Program-made: the position numbers and the translations under genes
Source: Mytilus edulis
Lineage: Eukaryota
DNA length: 64,000 nt
Reading direction: 5' to 3'
Assembly (NCBI RefSeq): GCF_963676685.1
Contig: NC_092354.1
Location: forward strand, 26,908,001 to 26,972,000
Notes under the pieces: generated by a model
The model's input: only the letters and a program-made list of their open reading frames with translations
Told to the model about the DNA's origin: nothing
Databases searched by the model: none
Shown: positions 1 to 12,633 of the stretch, piece after piece
Layout: every line of letters begins with the position of its first letter
Position numbering within the stretch: the first letter of the stretch is position 1

Positions 1-1500
1 ATGCCATCTACTTTCTCTGTTGTCTCCATACCATCTGCTTCCTCTGTTGTCTCCATACCATCTGACTTCCCTGTTGTTAACAAGCCACCTGCTTTCTCTG
101 TTGTCCCAAAGCCATGTACTTTCTCTGGAGTCATCATGCCATCTGCTTTCTCTGGAGTCGCCTTGCCATATACTCTCTCTATTGTCTCCATACCATCTAC
201 TCTCTCTGTTGTCAACAAGCCATCTGATTTCTCTGTTGTCTCCAGGCCATCTGCTTCCTCTGTTGTCCCAAAGCCATGTACTTTCTCTGGAGTCATCATG
301 CCATCTGCTTTCTCTGGAGTCACCATGCCATATACTCTCTCTATTGTCTCCATACCATCTACTCTCTCTTTTGTCAACAAGCCATCTGATTTCTCTGTTG
401 TCTCCAGGCCATCTGCTTCCTCTGTTGTCTCCAAGCAATCTGTTTTCTCAATTATCTCTAACCCATCTACTTTCTCTGAAGACATCATACCAACTGCTTT
501 CTCTGTTGTCATCAAGCCATCTGAATTCTCTGTTGTCTTAAAGCTATCATATATCTCTGTTGTCTCCATGCCTTCTGCTTTCGCTGTTGTCTCCATACCA
601 TCTACTTTCTCTGTTGTCTCCAAGACATCTGCCTTTTCTGTTGTCTCCATACCATCTATTTTCTCTGTTGTTTCTAAGCTATCTGCTTTCTCTGTTATCT
701 CCATGCCATCTGCTGTCTCTGTTGTCTCCAAGACATCTGCGTTCTCTGTTGTTTCCATGCCATCTGCTTTATATGTTGTCTCCATGCCATCTGCTTTCTC
801 TGGAGTCACCATGCCATATACTCTCTCTATTGTCTCCATACCATCTACTCTCTCTGTTGTCAACAAGCCATCTGATTTCTCTGTTGTCTCCAGGCCATTT
901 GCTTCCTCTGTTGTCCCAAAGCCATGTACTTTCTCTGGAGTCATCATGCCATCTGCTTTCTCTGGAGTCACCATGCCATATACTCTCTTTATTGTCTCCA
1001 TACCATCTACTCTCTCTGTTGTCAACAAGCCATCTGATCTCTCTGTTATCTCCAGGCCATCTGCTTCCTCTGTTGTCTCCAAGCCATCTGTTTTCTCAAT
1101 TATCTGTAACCCATCTACTTTCTCTGAAGACATCATACCAACTGCTTTCTCTGTTGTCATCAAGCCATCTGAATTCTCTGTTGTCTTAAAGCTATCACAT
1201 ATCTCTGTTGTCTCCATGCCTTCTGTTTTCGCTGTTGTCTCCATACCATCTACTTTCTCTGTTGTCTCCAAGACATCTGCGTTCTCTGTTGTTTCCATGC
1301 CATCTGCTTTATATGTTGTCTCCATGTCTTCTGCTTTCTCTGTTGTCTCCATGCCTTCTGCTTTCGCTGTTGTCTCCAAGACATCTGCTTTCTCTGTTTT
1401 CTCCATACCATCTACTTTCTCTGTTGTCTCTAAGCTATCTGATGTCCCTGTTGTCTCCATGCCATCGGATATCTTTGTTGTCTTCAATCCATCTGCTTTT
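1..1500 (-). repeat. Coding 27-bp minisatellite (about 55 units, consensus DGMETTEKA) with higher-order duplications
   Basis: Repeated ccatctgctttctctgttgtctccatg-type units with 162-bp and 648-bp block duplications; the frame stays open on the minus strand. Confidence 0.9.
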
Positions 1501-4500
1501 TCTATACCATTAACTGTCATATTTTCTGTACCAATATCATTTACTGCACCAACGTCTATATCCATACTATCAATGTCATATGTCATTTCTAGAATATTTC
1601 CAAATACACTGCTTATCAGATCAGAACCAAATAAATCCATTGATAAATCTGGTGTGCTTTGTTCTTCCAAAACAACTAAATCATCGTCAAATGGTTCTTT
1701 TGGTTTTTCCATTTGCAAAAGTACAACAAAGTGATTTGGCACCCATTCTGAAGGTTTATCGTCAATTCCTCCTGTGTTTGTCCACATAATATGTGCTGGA
1801 AGTAGGTCTGTATTGTATGTCTGCTTGAATGGAAAAAAGTGTCTATGAAGGTCATTTCTGATGGTTAGTCCAGCATACACTGGATACACTGAGACAACCT
1901 CTCTGAGTAACGCATTGGAAATTGCTGCTATTTGCCAAATACCCATATAAGCCGCATGATGGGCGACACTTAGAACCTCTTGCTCAAATATGGACTCAAT
2001 GTTGTGCTTTGATAAGTGTTGAACCATATAAAATGGCGAAAACATCGCATATTGCTTTGCTATATCCCTTTTTCTGGTTCCACCTCTCTCCAAATAATGG
2101 TCATCAAGGTATTTTTGCTTCTGCTGTACTAGCTCAAACACTATTCTAATTCTCATTTCCTTGAAGTGTTCTTCTGTTCCATATGCAATTAAACTTGCAC
2201 AACGTGCCAAACAATTTCCATCCCCATAAATAGTTGTTGGATAAAATCCCTTATCCATATATTCTCCTGTTACAAGTGGCAATGAACCTTTGTCTATTTC
2301 ACGCTTGTGAGACACAATATATATGTCTTGCTGGTTTGTCACTGGAGGAAGTTTCCCTACATCTCTAACAAGATCTTCAACCTGTTCATAATGAGTGCAT
2401 GAATTTAACTGTTCATACAGATCTGGGAAAACTATATAATCAACAACTAATGTTTTGCTAACACCATCCTGTATCCAAACCTTATCCAATGTTTCAACAC
2501 CATCCGGTGTCTCAACACCATCCACTGTCTCAACCTCATCCACTGTTTCAACCTCATCCACTGTCTCAACCTCATCCACTGTCTCAACACCATCTGGTGT
2601 CACCATACCAGCTGCATCAACGCCATCTGTTGTGGTATTCTGTTTTGTTTTGACTTCTTTGTTCACTGTTTGTCTTTTGTTTCTTTTCAGTCCTTTCTTA
2701 GGTTTACATTGGTCTTGTCCATTTCCAGCTTGCATTAATCTTGTCACTTTCCATTCATCCACATATGCTTTGTTGGTACAACAATTATAATTTTCAAGCA
2801 AACATTCTTCACAAAAGCAAGTCAAATTTCTGGTCTGGATCATGTTTGGATCATCTATAAGACTTTTGATACTGTGTATTTTTTGTGTTCCTGGCACTGT
2901 TTTACAATTAAAGCTTTTATCATGGTCTATTTCTGTCTTTCCTACTAAAATATAGTGTGTCTTATGGTGTTGATGAGCTTCCTTCTCATCTTTGCTATTC
3001 TTTGTAAGAAAATGAACAGCACTTTCTGCATTACTTATGACTGCTTGGTTTGATTTCACTGCTCTACTAAGCTTTGATTTCACAACTGCCACTACCTGGT
3101 CTCCAGGTCCTTTGCCATGACGACTTCCAAAGTAAGATCTATGAATTTTCACATTTGAGTTACAAATATAACTGAAGGGAATTTTGCTCTTATACTGTGA
3201 TGAACACCCATCTGTAAATTCAAACAATGTGTCACACTGAATATTTTTCTCTTTTAAATGTTCAATAGTTTTATTTTCAAACCAATTAACTGCGTGTGCA
3301 TCATGGCGAATATCTTCACTTAAAAACACAACATCTTCCTTAACTGTACTATTGCATCCATTCTCATTATACTTGTAATAACACACCACAGGGTGTACTG
3401 TTATTTGAGTATGAATCCAGTAGAGAAACTGTGGTTCATCTTGAAACTCACAAACATAGTTACGTCCAAAGTCTAGCACTGCAATCACACAGTTTACAGG
3501 TGGGTGCTGTGAAATATTCTGGAATTGACCTAATTCCCAATGGGCAATAAATAAATGTTTTTTCAGGAATAAAATCTCAGAACACAATTCATCAATTAAA
3601 GTGTTGCTGTTCGAACTTTTGAGAATGAGGCCTTTCTTTTTTTCTTTGTTGTCAGTGACGGCCCATACATAATAGTCTACCCCATATTTGTTGGTCACGT
3701 CCTTTAAATGAGTTCTCATCTTCTGTTCTCCACATATGTTGCAAAGCCCATCAATACAATCTTTCTTGTGGTACTGGTTATCCCCTTTTGGACACATAAC
3801 TATATTAACAGCACAGTATTTGTCCTTGATTTTCAGTTCCTCTGCATTTTCACAAGAACGGCCAATTAATTTATTGACCGTCTTCAACTTCAGTTCTACA
3901 TTTAAACAGTATTCACATAAACACTGCTGCAATTGTTGATCACAAAATGTTTTAACATTTTTGGGGCGCAGTGATGCAAACTTGCTTTTTCCTAACTTCA
4001 CGCTTGGATTCTTTTCCTTATAGATTTGAAATGTGTCTAACAATGATCTGTGCATTATGTGTGCTGCTTTTCCATCTTTGTTAACCAACCTTTTGTCTGG
4101 CAATGGTGTGGATATCTGTGGGTGTAGAAAAAAATCTTTAACGTCTTCAGTTATTTCCTCAGGGATTTTATCTGATCTGACTTTGTATTCATTCAGCATG
4201 TTCAGTTCTGAACATTTATTTAGGTAAGACCATTTGATGCCCAGGTGTCTGCTTACATTCTTAGCACTTTTAACTTTAGACTGTATGCATGCTGATACTA
4301 ATGCTCGACGTAAGGTTTTCTCAGATTTCTTATTACTGCTTTTTAGTCGAAATATTTGTCTTTTTATATTATTAAAGCAATAGGTTTCTACTTTTCTCTT
4401 TTTTGGTGTGGTTATTCCTACTCTTGCAAGAGCTGCATGTTTCTTGGGTGATGCATTACTTATTATATTCATGACTACTCTTGCCATTTTTTCTGCACAT

Positions 4501-7500
4501 TTTGGGAGATACTGCTTTACTCTTTGTGTTGCTTTTTCTTCAGCTGAAGGACTACTAAAAACTGAATTACCATTTGCTGGCTTTGTTCTTGTCTTTTTGT
4601 TCTGCGACATTTTTCTCATTCGGTCCTTTTCCTTAACACGTCTTTTTTTCTGGCAAGATGATCTTCTACGAGAATCTTGCTTTTTTATTCGCCAGTATTC
4701 GCGCTGTTCTAAGATTTTTTGTCTTGTCTTTGGTTTTATTCTCTTCTTTTCTATTCCAAGGGCTTTTTGTTTTTCTCTATGTCTTTTAGCTCTAATACGA
4801 TTTCCTTCTCTTATTTGTTCTATTTCTGTTTCAGTTTTTTCCTTCAGTCTATTCTCTTTGGCTTGCTCTGCATTCTTCTTTTTTATCTCCAAATAATCTA
4901 AAAAGAAAAAGAAAGAATCAAGGTCGACATACTTTTATTGTGATTTAAACATGGGTCTTAGCAATTGTGGGGGATAAAATATGCGAAAAACAAAGGCCTG
5001 TGTTTAAAATATTCAAAATTTATGGCCACAATGAATATTTCGATTATAATGTTGTTTTTTTAGAGAACATAGACTATACCGACATTTTCAACAATTTAAT
5101 GAGGTTTTCATGCACTAACTATACTGTGATGTTGTCAATTTTAGTGTAAATATTTACACAGTCATATAGACACATCTTTGAAACCAGAATGCTACAGATG
5201 ATTGGCACCAAATTTGGTAAATTTTTTACAAGTAGTTTCAGCAAAAAAGATGTTTTAACAAGAATGTGTCTATAGTACAGGGATGGCCCACTCCCACTAT
5301 CATTTCTATGTTCAGTGGGCCGTGAAATTGGGATCAAAACTCTTAATTTGGCATTTAAATTAAAAAGATCATATCACAGGGAACATGAGTACTAAGTGTC
5401 AGGTTGATTGGACTTCAACTTCATCAAAAACTACCTTGACCAAAAACTTTAACCTGACACTGGACACGGGACAGATGGACGAATGAATGCAGAGACCAGA
5501 AAACATAATGCCACTACTATTGTAGGTGGGGCATAAAAAGTTTTCAATGCGTGACAAATGCCAAATGAAGCGTTAGTTCACACAGCCCTTCTGGCCAGAT
5601 AACTTATTAGGAGTCCTTACCAGGTCTTAATTTCAGGTTTTCTCTGTATCTTTTTTGTTTCTCTGCATTGCTGAGTTTTGGTACATGCATAAATCCTTCT
5701 TCTTCAGCTGGTTTTTCTTTCCTAGGCCTCATCTCCATTCTGTAAATACCAAAATAAGCCAAATGAACTGTAATTCAAGCGTTTTCTACTATAATCAAAA
5801 TGTCACATTTCTCTTTCAATGTATGAATGTGAAACACTGTTACTTTTTACATCATTTTATGGTTAAGATGTCCATAATCACAAAGCAAAATATTTTATAT
5901 TTGTGGTTTATCATTATATATCTTTCAAATTTAACAGACTATAGGTACAAAAATGTTCTTCTGTTTTAAAAACATGTAGAATGTTTTCAATATTGCAGTC
6001 ATAACGATGCTGATATGATCAATCATCATTATGTCAAAATGTTGCGACATTTGACACCATTTTGTTTAACATTAAAGGTCAATATTCACATATATAACCT
6101 AATTTGTTAACACTTGTTTACCTTGGACTATAAATATATTTTGAGACAATAATTCTGTTTCAAGAACACAAAAAATATGTTCTTTAAAATAAAATGATGA
6201 CTGTTCTATTACAGTAATATAGTATAATACTTTGCCAAACAGTTGTTATTTGGACTCGTCTCTTCACAATTTTTTGTTTTTTAAGCAAGTCAACATCACA
6301 TATGTTACTTCATTGTCAAACAGTATTAATTGAATAATATAAACAAGATTATATTTTTTGAAGCAAAAAACAAATAGATTGGAACTCAGGATTTTAACAT
6401 ATTTAAAGCATTATTAAACTGATTTTGTTACATTTTTTGGTTTGTCGAGATATGTCAAACTGCTGTGATTTGGACATACATTATTCACGATATTTAAAAT
6501 AAAAAATGGTCAATTTTCACAACTGTTACAAAAAAATTGTAGAATGATGTTGCATAGAATAATTGCACTGTCTTTAAACGATAAAGATCATGACTTTTTT
6601 GTTTTAAAAGTATAATTATGACAAGAACATTCAAAGTCTAATGTTAAGTAAGTTTAAGTAAATTGTAAACAGGTTATGATTGACCATGATTTTTTTCCAT
6701 AAAAGTCACATGTAACATTAGTTGTACATCTTAAGGTAAACTGGTAAATAACAGTCTTTCTTATATTATCATGATAGTTATAAAGAATTTTAAACCATCC
6801 TCTTTAAATTTAAATCTTTATCAAAGACTTCAATTAAGAACTACATCTAAATTAATTTGATGTCAAAATCATGTTATACTGGACATATTTTAAGTAAGAC
6901 AAATATCTTTGATGAGTGGTCAAACATCACAGCTGTTGTTTTTTGTGTTGTAAAATTTGTTTATGCATTAAATGTACTTAAATGGTACATTGACATGTGG
7001 GTGATTTAAGATAAGAAAACAGAACTTTTGATACTTTCAGGTAAAGAGTATATTAAAAGTATTTTTGAACAGGATATGATAACACCAGTGTGCTTGACAA
7101 TGTTAACAGGTTGAATTAAGTAAACAGATGTCATGAATGACAATGTTACACCAGCCAAGATCTAATAAATTAATTTCTTATTTGTAACAGTTATTTATAA
7201 TTTTGTATACATTATCAATAATAAGCCTAAAAAAAAGAACAAAACACATTGAGCAATGTTTAATTTATTGTATCAGTCAGACACCAAACTGTTGTGATGA
7301 ATGACAGTTTTTTCAGGCAAGAACTGAAAAAAATAAAAAGTCCATAATAACATTGTTATCTTTTTATGGGAAAATGTTCACATGTACAATTCAGATCTAA
7401 TGAGGCATGTAATTTTCACCTTTATAAAACAGAAGTATGTAAACAAAACCCATTATAATGTGTTTAAAACATGTTATGATTGGTGATTGATAGAAATACA

Positions 7501-8004
7501 TTGCTTAGTAACAACTGTGTACTTGACATTTCTGTCCAGGACGTTGAAGTCAACCATCACTTAGTTATTCATGGTTAACATAAACACACATCCCTATAGA
7601 TCTATATTTCTTTTTGTTTTCAAAGTGTACATGTATCATAGTAGATTCTTTTTGCAACTTTTTCTTTATCATGACAAGCTTTCTTTTTGATGATGTGATG
7701 TACAAAAAACATAAGTGATGTTTGACTCTAATTTTAAACCAGACAATGTATGTCAATGATAACATGTGTTATCCATGTCAATACCGAAATCATGCGTATA
7801 TCTCGTGTCCCTTTCCAAACTCCCCGGGTATTTTATATAAAGTTTGCACTCTTTAAAACAAACATAGCACATTAAAAACCACATATAAACACGGGACATT
7901 TAATGGATTATTTACTTATAACGGTAACTAATGTTATCATTCTCAACGAACGTGAAAATCCTCAATTTCTAACTGAAAACTTACCTGAGGAAATTGCTTG
8001 CCAT
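1..8004 (-). CDS. Spliced Sola2-type DDD transposase fused to a vertnin-like OTU cysteine-protease domain and an acidic repeat tail; coding exons 8004-7985, 5739-5621 and 4897-<1 (3' end outside window)
   Basis: I translated the minus frame by hand and found no stop from 4897 to 1. GT-AG junctions are phase-compatible and give MASNFLR-MEMRPRKEK...LSNAEKQKRYRENLKLRP-DYLEIKKK. Transposase motifs: FASLRPKNV..QQCLCEYC, VLDFGRNY (D 3471-3473), FTDGCSSQYKSK (D 3210-3212), FGSRHGKGPGD (D 3099-3101), VPGTQKIH and CFCEEC. Protease motifs: YGDGNCLAR (C 2211-2213), YMGIWQIAAIS, VSVYP and IMWT..WVPNHFV (H 1731-1733). Confidence 0.88.
5290..5540. mobile_element. Non-autonomous Helentron-like (HINE) fragment in the transposase intron
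   Basis: GGAC/GAAT microsatellite followed by a terminal hairpin atgcca-ctac-tatt-gtag-gtggggcat and an A-run. Confidence 0.5.
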
Positions 8005-9774
8005 CTTGTATTGTAATAACCAAATCAGATACGGTATTAATCCGGTCGTTTGACTTCCGGTGGAATTGTCTAGAACAATCAACTGCAGATTAAAATTCAT
8101 TGGATAATATTGCATAAACTGCATCCAACAACCGTTACTTTTTTGACGGAATATTTTTTATTTTTTTCAGTTGTGTTTATTTTTTTAGGGTCCATTGCTC
8201 TGTACGCCATGCTATAAGAAAAACGTGTTATAACATCAGATGTTTTCAGTGATAACAAGTTTGCGTTCTTTTTATTTAACATTTTGCTTTCTGTGTGTCT
8301 TGTTGCTAACACTGTTATTTGACGGAAAATCGTAATGCTTGGGTTATCTAAATAAATCAAAGTTTTCCTAGAAAACACCACTAAAACAACTTTATGTTCA
8401 TAATTTAAATAAAATATTGATTGCACTATGCTTTAAAACCATCAACTTGAACAGAAAATAGTATCATGAACCAAAAATTTTGCTGTGAAAATTTGACACT
8501 CTGTTGATTTTTGCATTTGTCCGTGATTTTTTTCTCAAAATTAACAGTTTTAACTTCAAATCTTTTTTAATATAACTCCAATCACCATGAAATTTTAAGA
8601 ACTATCTCTTTATTCATTTAGTTTCAATTCTGATATCTAACACTTTTATTTTTATGATTATAATTTGCTCTACACAGGTTATAATGAATGTCACTGTAAG
8701 TTCCACTGTAGCGTGGAATGGCTCTTATACACAATCTCAATCATACAATTTGACAATTTTTTTCACACAATGCCTGAGTCTCCTAAAAGCGCCATTGGTG
8801 AAGAAAGATACACTTTGAGATCAAAGGTTTTTACTCGATTTTTTTTTTATGGTTAAATGTTTTGTTATCCGATCTTTAGTTTTCTGTGTCGCGATTTTGG
8901 CATGTTTGTCTTTTTGCAACATTGGTTTCCATTGTTCACCCTAAAGCACAGTCCACCCGGCCAAGGATTGACAAATTGTTTTCAGGATGTAAAATTACCC
9001 AAGCGGACCAATACATGTTAGTAAAATAGAACGTCTGGCCTGTTGATTTTAAAGTTTATCGCGAAGACTTGGAGTCTTTGAATTTTCTTGTCAATTTACT
9101 TCTGTGGAGTAATGCATAAGACATGTGTTTGCGGGGTAAAAGTACTGTGTCTTGTATGATTATGACATATTTGAAACTATTTTTTTAATTTGTTCTTTGT
9201 TTTTGAAATTTGTTTTCGGCGACATTTAAAATTCAAGGTAACATAATATTCATCAATAATATAGCTAGAACAAAATAGCTACATCACACTTTTTAACAAC
9301 TGTCTGTATAGCAGTCTGCAGACATGTAAACCTTTACTTTTTGCATTTCTGACATTCCCATAGGCTTGATAAAAGTATTAGTTTTCTAGGCCAGTTCAGA
9401 TCTACCTGATAATAGTTGTTACATGTATGGCATTCGTATACTTTATTTAGTAATAATAGTATTATCAACTGGCTATTTAATAATTACGTTTAGCAGTCTT
9501 TGTGCTTAGCCACGTATCTGACCGCCCATGGTTGTTAAAGTGCTTTTCTGGCTGTTAAATCATCTCTACAGGACAACAGAATCTAACAGATTTTTTGTTG
9601 GGAAAACTGAGCTCTATCGTCTAATAAAAGTCAGTCAATATTGACATGCATCCCTTCATGTTTTACTCTCAACAATAATTTACTATTTACCGTTGTAATC
9701 GGATATATGCTTCTTGTAGAATGCATCTTTGTCGAGGTTATTCTCGCACCAAAATTGTGCATCAGATTCTGGGC

Positions 9775-10330
9775 TTATTCTCTTTCTATTTTGAAACAAA
9801 ATTTTCTGTAAAATTCAACATTAAGTCCATCTAGACCAGGAGCTTTATTTAGTTTCATTTTGAATATTGCATCTGTGCATTCCTGCACTGTGATTTTTCC
9901 TTCACATATATCACTATCACTTAATTTTGGACATTTTTTAATATCGTTAAAGTACTTAATGGTATCTTCTCTATCTTGTTTAGTAGAGGAATATAAATTT
10001 TTATAAAAGTTAACTTCAAGGTTAAGTATTTTTTCTTGATCAGTAATTATATTATTGTTTACATCATACAATCTAGTGATGGGTTTTTTGCACTGCCTGG
10101 CTTTTTCAAGAATAAGAAGTAAGAAGTATTTTTTTCTCCCTCTTCAATCCATTTTACCCTTGATCTAATTTGATTGCCTTTTACTTTTGCATTGTATAAA
10201 TTTCCTAACTCTTGTTCTACTTTCTCTATTTTTTCAATCAAGTAGGTATTTGTTTCATTAACTCTGATGTTATTTTTATGAATTTCATTGTTTAGTTGTA
10301 TCAGTTGAATTTCTCATACATTGATTGAAT
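9775..10330 (-). pseudogene. L1/Tx1-clade LINE ORF2 fragment, frameshifted
   Basis: IRSRVKWIEEGEKNTSYF, then NFYKNLYS and LNKAPGLDGLNVEFYRKF in another frame; typical of the region between APE and RT. Confidence 0.8.
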
Positions 10331-10380
10331 CTTTTTTGTTTAACGCTTATTGTTATTTATTAACTAAAAACAAAAAAACT

Positions 10381-10594
10381 CTTTGGCGATTTATTAACTG
10401 GTGGCATATATTCAAATCCGTCAGTAGAATTGATTCTAAGTTCAAAATCATGTTCAGCCAATAAGATAACCTTGGAAATACTAATAGCTTTGGCGATTTA
10501 TTAACTGGTGGCATATATTCAAATCCGTCAGTAGAATTGATTCTAAGTTCAAAATCATGTTCAGCCAATAAGATAACCTTGGAAATACTAATAG
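10381..10594. repeat. Perfect 107-bp tandem duplication
   Basis: ctttggcgattt...aatactaatag occurs at 10381-10487 and 10488-10594. Confidence 0.92.
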
Positions 10595-10845
10595 CTCAAA
10601 CAAAATACCATTGAATCAAACACAAGCACTTCCACAATTAATTAAAAATTATTGTTTGAGAATAATGGCACTGCAGATTGGCTGAAAGAACACACGGAGA
10701 AGCAGAAAAACACTCTAATAGTTAGACGCAGGATAATGGGGACAAAAAGAAAGACAAAGAACCATCACAAGTTTCATCCAAATTTATACTGAAAACTCAA
10801 AATCATCAATTATTGAAGCCAGAATAAACGAAAAAGGAACTTAAA

Positions 10846-10968
10846 TAGTTATCAAAAGTACCAGGATTATAATTTTATACGCCAGACGCGCGTTTCGTCT
10901 ACATAAGACTCATCAGTGACGCTCAGATCAAAACAGTGAAAAAGCCAAATAAATACAAAGTTGAAGAG
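10846..10968 (-). mobile_element. Truncated retrozyme copy with intact type I hammerhead ribozyme (10879-10922)
   Basis: Minus strand reads gcgtca-CTGATGA-gtct tatgt agac-GAAA-cgcgc-GTC-tggcgt. Confidence 0.85.
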
Positions 10969-11177
10969 AAAGGAGATTAAAATGAGACAGATATGACAAT
11001 GTAGATTTATTTTACCGTGTACAATATACGCGGATACAAATGACTGATAAACACTATTTTCAGTAAACTTTGATATAAATTGTATGGCAGAGACTGCTAG
11101 TAAAGTCTTTAGCACAATTGTCATAATAGCTTACATTTCTATAAACTGGGTTTAACTTATTATCTCTGTATACAAAG

Positions 11178-11335
11178 TTATCAAAGGTACCAGGATTATA
11201 ATTTTGTACGCCAGACCCGCGTTTCGTCTACATAAGACTCATCAGTGACGATGAATCAAAATATTTATAAAGCCAAACAGGTAAAAAGTTGAAGAGCATT
11301 GAGGATCCAAAATTCCAAAAAATAGATACGGCTAA
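11178..11335 (-). mobile_element. Truncated retrozyme copy; hammerhead (11208-11251) with stem III/I substitutions
   Basis: Same family as 10846; the CTGATGA/GAAA core is intact. Confidence 0.8.
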
Positions 11336-11515
11336 GGGAGCTACCACATGATTTTTATGGGGGGGGGGGGGGGGGTATAGGATGAAATTTGAAAAAAAAA
11401 TAGGCAGGACAGGAGATTTGAGTAAAAAAAAAAGGCAGGATGAGATACTTGCAAAAAAAAGTCAGGACGACAATTTAGGTAAAAAAAGTCAGGATAAACT
11501 AAAAAAAAAAAAAGA
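11336..11515. mobile_element. MITE end fragment
   Basis: GGGAGCTACCACATGATTTTTAT followed by poly-G and repeated A-run/CAGGA motifs; similar architecture to the 52801 MITE, but no partner TIR found. Confidence 0.4.
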
Positions 11516-11764
11516 TTTCAAAATAAAAAGTGTATTACTAAAGAGATGTAAAGTTACCGTTCTTTACATAGCAGGTCTATATTCAGCGCAAAACTTTCTT
11601 TCTTGTATTTCGGAGGGTTTTGCAGGCTTTCCCATTTCCTCCCTTATTAATGCACTGACTTCAGTCTACAAGAAAAATCAAAACCATAATTATCTTGTAA
11701 TCGTACAAATAAATGTATAGAAATTCATACAATTAATCGAACATCAATAAATGTGTTGAATCTT

Positions 11765-12274
11765 TATTCCATCTTTATGTAGTTGTATAGTTGTAGCTAC
11801 AAACATATTTTATGCAACATTACACTTTACCTCAAATTTTGTATCGATAGAGCTACAAAAATATTTTTTTATCATGTATCCAATTTTACCTCGAAATATG
11901 CACACGCCTAGGCAAAAACAAGCCCACACTGGGGATAATACGTTTTAGAGCCTGTAAACCCTGATACACGGTAGCTATTTAACATAGGTGTTTATGATAT
12001 CAAAATGGTACTTCATGTATCGAAATCGTAAATTTGAATGTACTGCTGACAACAATTTTTTTATTTACCTGTGTTGCAGTTCATGGTTAAATAATTCATT
12101 AAACTAAAGGCCATGGTCATTAAGAATTAATAATAATCATTGTAACAAATTGCTTGTAATTATACTGCTCTTTTAGGGCGTCCTTGATTGACAATAAAAA
12201 TATTGTATTGTATTGTATTGAAAGGTTCTCGTTGAAAGACCTGTCCTGTGATGGTGAGGGTTGCTAAACCCCTC
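11765..12274. repeat. Left copy of the ~405-bp direct duplication flanking the LINE; contains a 105-bp insertion (12116-12220) ending in AATAAA and (TATTG)n
   Basis: Matches 15723-16127 apart from scattered substitutions and the insertion. Confidence 0.9.
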
Positions 12275-12462
12275 TTTTAAAAGATGGTGACAGAGTTGCA
12301 TCTGCTGCTGTCTTCAGGAACAGAGCTGCAACTCTCCGTTTGCCATCTGATGCATCCATCTTTACTGCTGAAGCAGAAGCAATAATTTTGGCTTTGAAAT
12401 TTATTGCTTCTTCAGATAAATCCAAATTTATTATATGTTCGGATTCACTTTCATGCTTACAA

Positions 12463-12633
12463 TAGTTATCAATAGTACCAGGATTATAATATTATACGCC
12501 AGACGCGCGTTTCGTCTACATAAGACTCATCAGTGACGCTCAGATCAAAATAGTTGAAAAAGCCAAATAAATACAAAGTTGAAGAGCATTGAGGACCCAA
12601 AATTCAAAAAAGTTGTGCCAAATACGGCTAAGG
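12463..12633 (-). mobile_element. Retrozyme copy with intact hammerhead (12496-12539) inserted in the LINE RNase H
   Basis: TACAA occurs on both sides (12458-12462, 12634-12638); removing the insert restores SCLQAVR. Confidence 0.85.

Larger units (their letters stand above)
1..8724 (-). mobile_element. Autonomous Sola2-like DNA transposon (only the 5' end is in the window)
   Basis: Contains the transposase above. The minus strand begins GAGCCATTCCACGCTACAGTGGAA at 8724, matching the 5'-GRG termini of Sola2, and is flanked by TTAT (candidate 4-bp TSD). The other end lies outside the window. Confidence 0.65.

Noticed and set aside
1-1734. Plus-strand 577-aa Ser/Val/Pro-rich ORF and overlapping Leu-rich ORFs
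   Set aside because: Antisense shadows of the 27-bp coding repeat; the minus frame is continuous with recognisable transposase and OTU domains.
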